NCBI GenBank assembly: GCA_973895155.1
Contig: OZ316898.1
Location: 8,605,079-8,669,078 of the forward strand
Source: Marsupella aquatica
Taxonomy: Eukaryota > Plantae > Marchantiophyta
Direction of reading: 5' to 3'
Length of the DNA stretch: 64,000 bases
Positions 10,690-23,835 of this stretch are shown here, piece by piece. The notes under the pieces were generated by a model. That model was not told the origin of the DNA, did no database searches, and was given only the letters and a program-made list of their open reading frames with translations. A program made the position numbers and the translations under genes. Each line of letters starts with the position of its first letter. Position 1 is the stretch's first letter.

Positions 10690-13175
10690 TTACTCCAGTA
10701 TTTCTGCAAACTGCCTCCACCCGGAGGGTGTAACAGGCATGAAATGAATCCCTGCGACACCTGCAATTAACCCATTGTTAAATCAGTTCACCTACTTATG
10801 TAAGGGGTCCCCATAGATAAGAGAATGCACTCTCTGCAAGCTTTCGTAAGATCCATTGTCCCAATGACTCCAGATAATTCTGACATGCGATGTTGCCGGA
10901 AGGACACAAGATTTTAAAAAGCGGAGGAAAAACAAGAAGTTTTAGACAAACCCGGCAAGTTCTTGGTGAACTTCATAAGATCCTGAGTCTCCTTCTTATA
11001 GAACGCCCGCCTTGCTTGCAGATCCTTGGAAAATGTCGCTTCCAACTTTCTCAGTTCAGCCAATCTGAAATTGGCCTGATCTCCTACAAGACAATCACAA
11101 AGTTCCATAATCACACAGATGCTATCAGATTGCTGGTTTAGGAGGAAATTACCCCTACCCTTCAAGAGCAGTGGCATTTCACTCCCTACCAGGAGAACTC
11201 TTCTCCAACACAAGAAGTCTGAAGGACGAATTTGCATACATTGAAGTCTGAAACCCTTCCAAAACAGCATTAAATGCATAGATATAAGGCAACCAAATTC
11301 CTTCTGTACCTGAAGTCTGGGTGAGACTGAACCAGAATGCCAGATTGTCCGCAGACGTTATCAAGGGAAGTCCAACCACAACACGAATATGCCGCATCAA
11401 CCTGCCAAGTACCACAAACAAACCAGGGTCAACAAAGGGCCAGGTAAAAAGTAGGAAGGACCGAGCAAGGTTACCCCTCTCATGACCGCATTTTTCATGT
11501 TCAAAACCAGGTAGAGTAACTACGGGAAGCCAAATTTGGTTATTATGATTAGATATATAGATATGCCGAAGAAAAAGAATTGACCATATACCACGTTGAA
11601 GAAAGATTGCTTATTACCCCCTGCTGTAAGCGACATCCCACCACCCTTCAAATACATCGGGTAACAACGGCGGCTGCACAATCACTGTTTCTGCCCCGGC
11701 CAAGATCTATGCACTCCAACGTGGAGACCCGTATCAAGGTCGACGCAAAGTGGTGTGGTAAAGGTTTCGCTCTCAATTATACAAAGAAAACCTAAAATAA
11801 AAGCAAAGTATCAGATTTCCTTTAGACGATTGTAGTCGTGCCTAACAGATACAAACCTTCTGTTCCAGTCGCTCGACAGTGTTTCCAAGAGGATTCTCAA
11901 CAGCCCAAAGCTGAACTCCTTATCAATGCACCCCCCAATAAGTAATGAAGGTCAAGCCAACATGAAGACGAGACACGTTAATGTTTCACCACATGATATG
12001 TCCCAACACAAAATTGCAACTATACAGAGCTTTGGAAAGTAGAAGCCTGTATCGTTCCAGCCCACTAAAGTTCGCCCCGTTTAGAAAACTATCCGACCTC
12101 TAGCAGCAAAATTACATCTGCCAACAAATTCGATTCGGACAATTTAAGTTTGAATTTGAGGAGCAGCATTCAGTTCAATCTGCTCCGCAAAGCTCGAACC
12201 GAGCTGCTTTATGAATTTGTCGAAAAACTCACCAGCAGATATCTCACCAGTTTGGCGAAGTTTTGAAGCCATGCTCAGCATCTCAAAAGAATTGCCCGGG
12301 AGAAGTCTCTCTACCAGAGGAAAGCTCCTTAGTGGGTGTCCTGCAGAATATTAGGCATGAGGCATAAAACCTTTAAAATAGCTGCAAGAGGGCTTAGTTT
12401 GTTGACATCATTTGATGCACAAGTCATCCTACTTTGGTATATATTCTAATTTATTTCCTACTGTTTTTTTTTTTTAATTTCATTACCAAAGTCAACAGTT
12501 CGAGTTTTCAAACACAACCAATAGTCGCAGCAAATTGCCATACTGTCAGTGTCCAAAGGATACTACATAAAATGATGAAGCGATCCTGCCTAGATCGTTA
12601 GGAGTATCATCCAACTGCAGAACCTGATTCGATAGTGGCCCACAGATTATGAATTGGCGTTTACCTCCAGACACCAATAGAAGGGAGCCTCCAGAGCCAC
12701 TTTCATCCAGTTCTCGTGCAGAGGTTACCAGTCTGCTGCGAATGTCTCCCGTTCTTCTCAACTGGGCAGCAACTGTTCTCACTTGCCACCAACCTGCTCG
12801 TTGAACGATCGTTTGCAACGTTTCAACGGAAATCTCGGGAGTCTCTGGTGTGGGCGATGCAGGGCTTGGTGGTACGTGACCCTTACTGTTAGAAGACTTC
12901 TTGACAGCATTCAAACCAGGAGAGAATGCTGACATGGGGAATCTCGTTGGAAGGTCAGGTCGTACAACCCCATGAATTTGCCCTTTGAACAGGACTTCTT
13001 TCAATTTCTGACCAGATGTCCACAATGTTAACCCAAAGCACCCAAAGACTTAGTTATTTTCATAGGACGGGTACTATCGCAAGAAAACAAAAGAAGTTAC
13101 CTGGGCAAGAGCAATGGACGTAGGATTTCCAAAGTCAAAAATCTTATTTATAAGTAGTACTTTAATGCTCTCCAT
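10690..13175 (-). CDS. Methylenetetrahydrofolate reductase (MetF)-like FAD-linked oxidoreductase TIM-barrel protein, catalytic domain only (at least 323 aa)
   Basis: Exons 13175-13101, 13007-12665, 12340-12233, 11918-11857, 11706-11618, 11401-11310, 11083-10952 and 10760-10690 join in frame (972 nt, all GT-AG). Motifs occur in MetF order: HGVVRPDLP, LLLVSGGHP, LWAVENP..VERLEQKILAGAETVIVQPP, VVVGLPLITS, LPGVAGIHFMP. The true start codon is uncertain. Confidence 0.8.
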
Positions 13176-14629
13176 CGTGAAATATCAAGCTTGGGTTAAA
13201 TGTAAGCATTAACTGTCGCCTTTCGACTGATATTTCCATATGGTGCCTCCTGTTCTCACAGTTTCTGGTTCTCGTCTTCGCGTATGGATTTGACCAAGGC
13301 ACATTTCTAGACAGTTCCCGACATCTGATAGGTTGTGACATTAGCCTAATGTGGACTGACAGTCAGCTTGATTAAACATAACACAATAACACAGGAACGA
13401 AGGAACCCGCGTAGAGAGGTCATTAAGACAGAATTCTTGGAATGGCATGGAAAACTGCCCTCCGCGTCCTGACACATCTCGTTGCAATTGATCTCGCAGC
13501 ACCCATACTCTTTTCAGGTTAGATCTATTCCACTGAAAATTGACCACTGTTCTAGAACCCGGATAGAAGTGGATCCCGGACAGATCGAGAGAATATCACC
13601 ACCCATTGACAACAACAAACATCAATCCGCGTTTCAATCCGTGTACAGTTGTCACCCCGCGCTACAAATCTTTGCAATTATCAGACATGCAAGCAGTACA
13701 GCAATTATTCGGTGGCCACGATTACTACTGAAGGCAATGTCTTAGTTGCCACGATCGCATGCACAAAAAGATCGTTGCTTATCGCAACTGTGCTACTGAG
13801 GGGGACGGTGTAAATGACCTGCTTAGGTGCTTCATGGTTTCCTAGCTTTGGGCCTCTCTACTACAGGACTCGTGCTCCAACTGGATTCTGGTACAAAAGC
13901 AAATTAATGGCATTCCACTGTCCTTGACTTTCTCCGTCGTCATTCGAGTAGGGTAGCGTGAAGGCAAACATCGATTCATCAAGTGCCCTAGAGGACAATG
14001 AGTGACTTCCTTTATTGATGTTCCCCGGAAGAGAGAAGTAATGAATGAGCTACTTTATGAGTCCTCGTGGAGGAACGACCCGAGAAAGACACACACAGAG
14101 GTGATCAATGCGCCGATTGCTACAGTACAACAAAATGAGGAATTATCGAAAACGAAATTACCGGTGAGAGAAACAGAGACGCAGCAGCCGATGACGTGGG
14201 GAGCTCCAGCAATTGGAGAAATTGGTGTTCGAGAGCCATAATTGGAAGAAATACGTATCCTATCGTTCGAGACACATCCACGAACCTGCTGCTGCTCCTG
14301 TGCGGGACTCAATTGTGGGCATCGACATCCGTCTTCCACCCCAGCCTTAAAACCCTAAACCCGATCAGAGGCATGAAGATCTCACCCTTTCCAAATGAAG
14401 AAATTACTCTTCCCACTGCACTGGAAAAGGGATTCCGCAAATTCTCCTCTGCACATAATGCGAAGGCACGGATTCCTCTCCCATCACTCGGAATCTCCAA
14501 GCTGTCTCCGAGAGATCAATATCGCCAGCTCACTTCTATCAATACCCATCAATCGCTCGATCTTTCAACCTAGCGCACCACTCAATGGATACAGCACTTC
14601 AACGAACCTACTCTCCAGTCCGATGATTG

Positions 14630-14848
14630 CAATCCACGCACAATTTTCTGGAACACTGCTAGCTCCAGAAAAGCCTACTCAATCATCAACCAATCAATCC
14701 ACGCACCATTTTCTGGAACAACATTTTCTGGAACACTGCTAGCTCCAGAAAAGCCTATTCAATCATCAATCAATCAATCCACGCACCATTTTCTGGAACA
14801 CTGCTAGCTCCAGGAAAAACCTGTTCAATCACCAATCAATCAATCAAC
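14630..14848. repeat. About 66-bp tandem repeat (three copies) in the probable 5' leader of the MetF-like gene
   Basis: Unit TTTCTGGAACACTGCTAGCTCCAGAAAAGCCTA.TCAATCATCAA.CAATCAATCCACGCACCA. Confidence 0.85.
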
Positions 14849-15049
14849 ATAGAACTTCAAAGGAACTCCTCTCGAAGACGATTCATGAGTGCCCATCTGA
14901 GCTCCGATTTTCAAGAGAGAGCCTCAGGGTTTATGAAACGAGAACTTATTGCGTCGTCATCAATCTCTGCCTCTTCAGCTGCGAAACGCTTTCGAATGTC
15001 TGCTACCATGATGCAAGCCTTTGAATTTGGGCCGTCCATGCTCAGAATT

Positions 15050-15214
15050 GGTTCTTACCTAGGAGCTCAGATATGTCTAAGACAAGCTACACTAGGCTGA
15101 GGTTCTTACCTTCGAGCTCAGATGTGTCTAGGATGAGCTACACTAGGCTGGGGTTCTTTCCTTCGAGCTCAGATATGTCTAGGATAAGCTACACTAGGCT
15201 GGGGTTCTTACCTT
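15050..15214. repeat. 51-bp tandem repeat (three copies)
   Basis: Unit GAGCTCAGAT(A/G)TGTCTA.GA..AGCTACACTAGGCTG.GGTTCTT.CCTTC. Confidence 0.9.
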
Positions 15215-15506
15215 CCCCTGAACACACCTTCACGGCTCATGGCGTTGTGTTTTAAAATGATTTTTTTTTGGTTCCCCTGAACGCACCTTCAATCATGGCT
15301 CATGGCGTTGTGTTTTAAAATGAATTTTTTTTGGTTCCCCTGAACACACCTTCAATCATGGCTCATGGCGTTGTGTTTTAAAATGAATTTTTTTTGGTTC
15401 CCCTGAACACACCTTCAATCATGGCTCATGGCGTTGTGTTTTAAAATGATTTTTTTTGGTTCCCTTGAGCACACCTTCATGGCTCATGGCATTGTGTTTG
15501 AAAATG
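15213..15506. repeat. About 62-bp tandem repeat (about five copies)
   Basis: Unit TTCCCCTGAACACACCTTCAATCATGGCTCATGGCGTTGTGTTTTAAAATGA(T)nGG, with no spacers between units. Confidence 0.92.
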
Positions 15507-18500
15507 GAAAAAATTTTAAATAGTTTGATGGTGCGAAGACATTTGAACTCGAACACAGAGTCTATTTGACGCAATGGCTAGGCATTATGTCGAGTAAGTT
15601 GGACCTTGTGTTTGAGTTTGATCCTCAGTTGTTGTACTTGAGTACCTTGTGTTTGAGTTTAGACCCTCAATTGTTGTACTTTAGCACGGACCCGCTACAA
15701 ATTTGGGGGGACAATGGTAGGGTAGGCTGTAACCCTGCATCCAGAATGTGAGAAAATTCCAGATGGGGATACCTAGACCGCCCGCCCAAAGATTATATTT
15801 GTGAGTTGTTTTTTTTTTATCATGAAAGAGGTTATCCGAGAATAGATTTCCAGAGACAAGATGGCAACATGGAGTAGAAAATGGTTAGTTACTGATGGCA
15901 CCCTTTGTTCCAAACAAAAGTTGTATCCGCCCTCCCCTCCCCCTCCTCCTGATCCCCTCGCCTCATGGTCCATGCCCATTTCTGGCCGGGGTTCCAGGAG
16001 TTATCCACCCCTTGGTTCAAGAGTGTGAGACAAGAAAAACAGGTGCATAAAAGTACATTGCCCCAGTGCTCAATCAAATGGATACCCATCACAAACTTGA
16101 GTAAGACCTCCAACAACGGACAGATGGGCAGACATATGTTCGAGGAATACCCCTGGCCAAAACAAAGGACCGAGAGGTTAGACGGGAGAGCAAATGAAAT
16201 ACAGCCCTTTGAAGCTTAGAAAAATAGAGTATGAATTTGCCTTTAAAGCACAAAGTCACCTTGAATTGAAAGGATGATTACAAACAATAAATCCAAGAGG
16301 GCCTCTCAATGTTAAAGTTTGCAATGTCCTGCCCCTTCCAGCTACAGCTTAAGACCCAAAATGCTATGGACTAGGGAACCTGTAAATTATAGCTTTTGTC
16401 CCCAAGCCAATAGGTAAGTAATTGCCGCAAGGTTCCCGCGCTAAAGGAGAAATGAAAATGTGTCCCTAAACTACTTTATGGCCCAAATGCTGCAGTGGAA
16501 GCTTTGCCATAACCTCCAAGGATTGAAACTTACTTGACAGAAGGAAGGAGGAGAAACCCTATTGTAATTTTAAGACTTCTGGCAAACCCTTTTGCTACTC
16601 TTGAAACCTGACTTTGTTTTTGCTGATCTCGGTTGCTGATTGGGTGTTAATTGTCCTCCTGTCTAACTGCTGAGTAATTGGACAGTGCTTTGAGAATTAT
16701 AATTGAAAGAGCTATGGGGTGTCAAAGTTGAGAGTTAATACCCTATTGTCTTTGGCCATTGGCTGGGTTGTGGACTCCAATAATGCCAATGTAGTTTAGC
16801 TAGAACTTCAAACTTGCATTCCCCTACTGTCTGTGGCAACCGGGTTGGGCCTTGTTCATTTTAGAGCTTGAATATAAAAGCAAGAGGAATCAAGGTATCC
16901 TTCAAATATGAAAATGATATTAGGTTTCAGCAAGGTACCAGCATCTCAGTCTCTTTCAGATGCCCATTTTTTTCCAAAAGCAACTCTTGCAAACAAGTTC
17001 TTGGCTAAAACTACGCATGCATTGCTTTGCTTTGATGGTAACTTAAATGGACCCACATAGCTTTCCATTCTTAGGGATATCTGCCCGAGTACCTAGTAAA
17101 GCAAGTGATCCGGTAGCCAATGACTTAGCTGAGAACTTGAAGAGCAGCTCCTTCACATTCATCCCTTGCTCACCCGTGTCAATGTTATAATAGGGCATCT
17201 CAAAGCTGAGAAATTCTGGATGATGGCTATCAACCATAAAGGAATGGTCATAACTTTTTCATAAGGTTATGTAAAAGCTTTTTTTTGTTTTTTCTTTCAC
17301 CAGCCTCTACAGTGACTAAAGGCAATGGCATAAGACCAATTTTTATGGCAAAAAGTTATGGACTATGAATTCAGTGGGCTAATTTTTGTGTGTCCTTAAC
17401 AGGTCAGTGGAGAGTTATGGTTCATCAAATTGTCAGCTTTAAGACTCCTTATTGTAACAAGACCAATGCCAGTGTGTTGCACTATTAGTGATATGTCAAT
17501 GGGGAGGCACTAATAGCGTGAGGCACAGAAAATAGGCGCTAACTAAGGTACTTGTTGCCCATCAAATGGTGGCGAAAAAACGGTCTTTTCATCCAATGGC
17601 CACGATTTCTTCCCCCCAAGATTACGTTTTGTGAGAGACATTGTTATGGGATATTGTAGTGTTTGATAGATAGATGAAGCTCTCCATGCAATGTGAGGAA
17701 AACGATGTGATACTGGAGGGTCGAGGCAATTCCAGCACTCTACTGAGCGCTTCCTCTCGATCATTGACATTGTTGACCATGGATTCATTCCCTGGAGCTC
17801 TCCTTCAAGCACTGATTTACTTGGAGAGAGAGTCACCAGTATCAATAACTGTTTAGCAGTAAGGAAGGGGCAAGGGAGAGTTAAGGTGACACTGTTAACT
17901 GACCAATTTCTGGGGGCCAAGTCGAATGGCTGCACATTTTTTCGACATCACATTGCTCTCAGTTTCTGCACACCGTATATCGTTCACCAATCTGTCAAAT
18001 CCCTCACCTTTTCCCCCTCCCAAGCCCCGGCAGTATGTTTCTGATTGTTATGTCGACCACTTCACCCAGCAATTTCCCTCATCCCAGAGCTAAGCTTCTC
18101 GCTAGCTAAGCTTCCCAAAGGAAAGAGCTAGACTTCTGTAACTACAATGTATGGAACTGCTGCTGAATTCACCTGAACTGGGTCGAGTATATTGCATTCG
18201 TTTCAAGGAAATATATCCACTGAGGATTTAGCTTGCCTTACAAAGAGCGAGACAGTCTGGATAAGATATTAAACGATAGAACGCTGCACACCTGACAATC
18301 TAGACCTGTCACTAGACATAATTCATATCCGTGATCGGAGCTTCTCTGCTGGCCTAGGCATTTCCAGTACGCTGCAGGGAGACCCACATCGGCCTCCCAA
18401 GCAGCTTTTTAAGCTCACGCGATTTCTGTTTTGACACAGGGTTGAATGGTGCGGTGCATAGGATAGCCATTTCTGCCTGGCTAGAAGAGTCAGAGTTGGA

Positions 18501-19821
18501 GCAGCAGCTGCTTCAGCGATCTCAGTGAAGTTTGGCAGTAGGTGAGCTGGTTGGAGCACATACCACGACTGATGACCCCAAAAGCAAACACTCGAAAGGC
18601 ACCCCCATCTTCTATGTTTGTATTAACTGAAATCCATACAGGATGAGATTTATCCCGTTGTGACACTGAACCATATTTGGTGCTTTGAACCCTGTCTCAA
18701 ACCAAGATGAAAACGGCCCAGTCCCAAACCTGATGATAAGTTGAATTGCGTTTGCCTTGAAAAGTCCGCTCCACTTACACGAAGAGAACAGTAGAAACAG
18801 AACACAGCCACAGGGGACAGCCCAGCATGAGCCACAGGCGTGGGCCAGATCGATCAATACTGGTGCGACCCCGGTGCGACTCATGCAATTCACTTGTGCT
18901 GGGTATTTTTCACCTATGTCGTCATTGATTTGATTTCATCGATTGTCCTCTGCCATTGATCCTTTACAAAGTATCCGTCACACATTCAAGAGTCGGATAC
19001 ACTAAGGCATTCAAGATTCTGGAAGGCGAGGCTGCTTGATCGATCGAATTGATGTCGAAAGACCATAGATATTAAAGTCAGAACAAAAGCTTTCGCACAT
19101 GAGATATCTTGATCCAGTTCCAATAAGTCCATGACCGGTTCAATCGATCAAAGTGTACTGCAATTATATATGATTGCAAGGCTAGCTGACGACCAGCCTG
19201 TCTACGCAGACATGGAATCTAGATCTGACAGTATCATTCAGAAACTATAGACTAGTTTATTCCAGAGTCAATTTTGATCGAACCTTTTTTATTTTTCAGC
19301 CTGGAAACGTTTTACAGAACCTGGCTGTGCTAGCGCGCCATCCATGGGGCAGGAGAAATCCGTCCCTTCTGACATAAATTGAAACTGTGGCCGGTGCTTT
19401 AGTTTAGAAGTCTGGAACGAAGTGCATTATGCACATAGGTTGAACCACTCGTCAAGTTCATAGGAAGTACTTTAATTTTCCCTCATGTTCGCGATCAGGA
19501 TAGAGATTCATGGTCCATGTGATTCGAATGCACGGTTAATGCAGCATCCAGTGAACATTGAGCCCCGAGCGAGCAATCAGTTGATTGATTGAGCAGCTAC
19601 AACAGAGCGAGCAACAGAGCCATATTGTAGAGAACCAACAGAGGAGATCTCAGTCGCCTCATACTCTCGATCTTAGGAACAACTGGTCGGCATGAAAAGC
19701 AGTGGATGAGGTCTGACACCCACAATCCCATATCGTCAGTCCTGATGATATGTCTGCAGAGAGGTTTTGGCCGCATCTCACAAGTACTCAAGTTGACTTA
19801 AAATAAAATATTCCCGTTAGT

Positions 19822-21283
19822 TTAGTCCATTTTAATCTCATCTGTCAAAGTACTGGAAATTAAAATGCCTAACATTAATATCACCATGTGAGATGTTTCC
19901 CTTTTCACTGAATCTCGAGCCCGTTCAGTCCTAGTAACGGCGGACATCGTCATCGCTTCACTGAGAAACATACACCGATCCAATCTAACAATGTTAGTGA
20001 CGTACATGGTCTCATTGTTCCGCGTGAGGACAGTGCGAGATTCGCCCAAATAAGCTTTTTCATTTAGGATTAGCCCTGTTGCACTTTTAACTATACACAG
20101 TGGAAAGCTTGCTCTGAATGCTACCATGCAAAACAGGAAACAGGATGAAAAGGTCTGTCTTCGAGTTCATTTATCTAAGATAATCATTTTAAGTTATTGT
20201 ATAAGCGAATTCATCCGCATTCATTTTATAAAAGATCAATAGACAGAGACCGCTTAATCGGCCGAACCTGACAAAGTCAGCAACGTATTTCCGCTTGGGA
20301 GATGGATGGATTAAGGATTGCTAACTAGGCAACAGCCCTATAGTGCAGAATGGAGAATCGCTTGTCCTAGCCGGGGGGAGGTTCCTGTATTCTGAATGAG
20401 TGGACCATAGCTAGACCAACCAGACGATCCTGATGTTTTTTTTTTGCCTTGAAACATCAAATTGAATTCCATACGATCCTGATGTTTTAATTCAGGGCCT
20501 TACCTGTTACTGTCCCCGTTACAGTCTTTCGACTCGTACTGATCCTTTTAGCCAATGCAGCGGGACCATTATTTTGTTGCTTCATCTTCATGATTTTGTG
20601 CTGTCTTTCGAGCGATTGAGAGGTAGTCGTTCTTTGATTCCGGTGATCATGAAGCCGAGCGGATGGGGACCCCGAAATCTGTGAAGCAGTCAGCCAGTCA
20701 GGTAGAACAGAGATCAATGACCGTCCTGATCGAACATGAACAGGTGATGGAGTCGTTCTGTTCGTATTAAATTCGGAATTTCCTCTCTAGCTCAGTAAGT
20801 TTGCGCTCGTTCGATGTGAGGTGATACGAATTCTCGATGCGCCGGACTTACATGCGAATATTTTACACCTAATTACTTTGTGAACCGAATTCCAACCCCG
20901 ACCATAACCATCTGACACCGCCGCAATGAGAAGCTAACAAGCCATTCTTCTGCACATTACTGAATGGCAATTAACTGCAATATGTTGATCGAGCTCGCAC
21001 CACGAGATATCTGCAAAACCACTGAGGTTTCATCTATTGCATGAATTGAAGTAACAATCCCAAAGTAGCAAGTTGGTCAGACAGTCGGACAGCTATCCGA
21101 TCGAGCAAGAGGTCTTCTTTCCAGGGTTCCGTCAGTGACCCGTGACCAAGCCCTAACTCTACATTATTATAGGGACTAATAATACCTGCTCAAAGAGCTT
21201 GTTACGAAGACAGTGGGCTTCTTCCTTGCCCTCGTTATGCACAGTGTGCTTGATGCTAGTATCTTGAATGCACTTCTCGTAAA
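19822..21283 (-). other. Putative spliced transcript segment (orphan ORF or lncRNA)
   Basis: Exon-like blocks 21283-21186, 20678-20504 and 20120-19822 have AG/GT boundaries and join into one open frame of about 190 codons. No start codon or homology identified. Confidence 0.3.
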
Positions 21284-23018
21284 CTAGTCAGGTGAGTTAA
21301 TGAGAATCCCTGACATACCAAAAAACTTTCCAATTTGATGGAATTAATCTCTCCTCAATCAAAGCTCTTTGGCGAGCTTGCGCAAGGGCCTGGTTCTTAG
21401 CTAGAATCACATTGTCGAAGGTGATTAGTTGCGAGGAATAGGAAAAGGTACAGTACTAAGGAAGGAATGAGCACTTCCTTCGATCATTCCCTCGACGTAA
21501 GCAATCGATACAGGACTGCGCTCATCGCTGTTCTCCATATATAACGGAGTGAGTCAGTATTGATCATGCTCTTGCACCAATCAAGGGAGAACAGTTATCT
21601 CGTAGCTGAGAAGACTCGGCTGTCCTCGTCGATCTCAGCTCAGCTCAATTCAACTGGCAACATGATTAGGCTCACATGGATGGATCGATGCACGCGGATG
21701 GATGACCGATTCAACCGAGGTCGACGGTGCAAGATCGAGATATATGAAAGAGCGAGCCAATCGAGCCACCTAATTACTGTAGTGCCCAATCTACTGCTCG
21801 GCCAGAGCTTTAATTGGGAATCGCTGATCCATGTGATTGATACCATCGGACTAATCGCCAGTGTGCAAACAGTTTACACTCCCAAGCAGACAGCCTGCAG
21901 CCAGATTGATGCTATCCCAGGCACCGACGAAGGTCCTGTCGAACTTCTTGTGACTTCGTAGCTAAGCAGGGTATCTCAACAAAACTAAATGACGTCCGGT
22001 CGTCTAGTGTAGTCAACGCGCAGACTAGACTGTCTGACCTGACAGAGAGCTCACGACCGCCCTTGGTCGATCAACTGTACAAAGTGCAACCTCAGATCGA
22101 AAACCAGTACTCTTGTAGGCATAAGGTGGAACTTACGAGACGATCGAGAGGCACTACAGTGCCACTGTCGCGGAAATGCTGGCCATGCACAAACATGTAC
22201 ACGTGGGACGCAATCATACGAATCTGATCATTCGCGTGGCTCCTCTGCAGACCAAGATCAGTGTACCATCATCTCTCCCATGGGTGGAAATCATTAGCGC
22301 CCAGATCGAAGCACCTAGCTTGCAGGGAAGTCACTTTGCAGGATGGATCGATGGCATAGGTTTCATGTTGGAACACAATAGCTTAATTAATTAAATAAAT
22401 CAGAAGGAGCATCAGAAGCAGCGTGGTCAGGCAACTTGTGTGCGTCACGGAGCCAGGCATGGAGCACCCAGATCAACGAAACTGGCTCGATCACAACTGT
22501 TCATAGACTTCCAAATTGAATCCTGTCGGTAATTAGAGACAAAGATGAGGGATGGCGCAAAGCATTACATCAGTCTGTGAACTGCGAAACGCCTGCATTA
22601 TCGGGCGTGCTTCCAATTTCAGAACAGAAGGACAGGATGGAGTTCAGAGCGCTGTCATGTCGGCTATGACTAACTTCGTTCCAACATTAGCGCTGCATTT
22701 GTTTAGCACTGTAACGATTGTTTTCGCCCATACTACTCACTGTAGTTGAGCCTGGCAAACTCAAAAACAAACTGATCGAATGATTCGCCCAAGTCCTCAC
22801 ACTGCATACTGTTATTGTGAATGGAATTTATTTACAAAGAATATATGTTGACGGCAAATTAGAATAAACTGATCATTCGCTTATTGCAAGCTGGCATAAA
22901 TTGGAAGTCCCGAATAGGCCAGTGGGCTCATCAAGCTAGGGGAATCACTATTCGTTCCAGTTTCAATGTGATCTTGTTTACCAAAACGATCAGCTTGCTC
23001 AATTAGGATTAGTGGTGG

Positions 23019-23121
23019 AGTTTGCAAGTCAGTCCAATTTATTCATACAGTTTGCAAGTCAGTCCAATTTATTCATACAGTTTGCAAGTCAGTTCAATTT
23101 AGTCAAACAGTTTGCAAGTCA
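23019..23121. repeat. 30-bp minisatellite (about 3.5 copies)
   Basis: Unit AGTTTGCAAGTCAGTCCAATTTATTCATAC. Confidence 0.9.
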
Positions 23122-23512
23122 ATTCAGGTTTCGCAAGAGAGTTAAATTCCAGGAGGGCTCGATAGCTAATTAATGTCCAGGTTTATTCAGCTGCACACCA
23201 TGCAGCTGGTGTCATTCGATAGCCAACGTACACTTACCCTGCAAGACTTAGTTATCAGGTGGATTGGGCAGCACATCAATTATAGTTGTAAGATTAATGG
23301 TGAGTGGCATGGGCACTCAATGAACCAAAGTTCGTTTCAATACCAGCCAATTCAAGCTCCCCAACATTCTGCTCAGAACTTTATCCCACCAACTTTCAAT
23401 TCCTGTTTTCTGTGAGAACTGTTTCCAGTCTGCAGGTTCTTAGAATTCTCGAGTGGAGATGAGACAGAGACCATTTGAGTTGAAACGAGGGACTTCTGAA
23501 AGTAGAAGAAAA

Positions 23513-23835
23513 TTAGCTTAGGTCAATTGGCTAGGGGATTTGCCTGGAACTGAGAGGTCCCAGATTCAATCCCCCTCCATACACACACTGGGTGTGAAGG
23601 ATATATGTGTGTGGGTGGGATGGGTTTTGTGGGTAGTGGATTGAAGTTCTGATTATTTGCTCGACCCTTGGTTGTCCACTTTGTGACCTTGATTTAATCT
23701 TCTCTCCTTTCTGTTGCGGATCTATCGGATCAGTTGGGGCTCACCCTGGTCTAGGTTCCCTATAGAAAAACTGTCACATTGGGATGGGGGGGGTCTAATT
23801 GTATTTCTTCCCCCATTTTAGTTCAAGACAAAAAA
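23513..23835 (+). mobile_element. tRNA-derived SINE
   Basis: Perfect 15-bp TSD GAAAGTAGAAGAAAA (23498-23512 and 23836-23850). The 5' head has an A-box-like TAGGTCAATTGG and a B-box-like GATTCAATCC, and the element ends in a short A tail. Confidence 0.85.

Noticed and set aside
12047-12059. TGGAACGATACAG match to the U6 snRNA core
   Set aside because: Only 13 nt match and the rest of U6 is absent; it lies within an intron.
17-13175. MetRS near a MetF-like gene as a methionine-related gene cluster
   Set aside because: The genes are about 9 kb apart, on opposite strands and separated by unrelated genes. Nothing here indicates more than coincidence without synteny data.
15213-15506. Regular repeat array resembling a CRISPR
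   Set aside because: The units are contiguous with no unique spacers, there are no cas genes, and the context is eukaryotic.
22440-22460. miR160-like sequence (TGCCTGGCTCC on the minus strand)
   Set aside because: Only the first 11 nt match, and the possible partner near 22233 pairs poorly. Consistent with chance.
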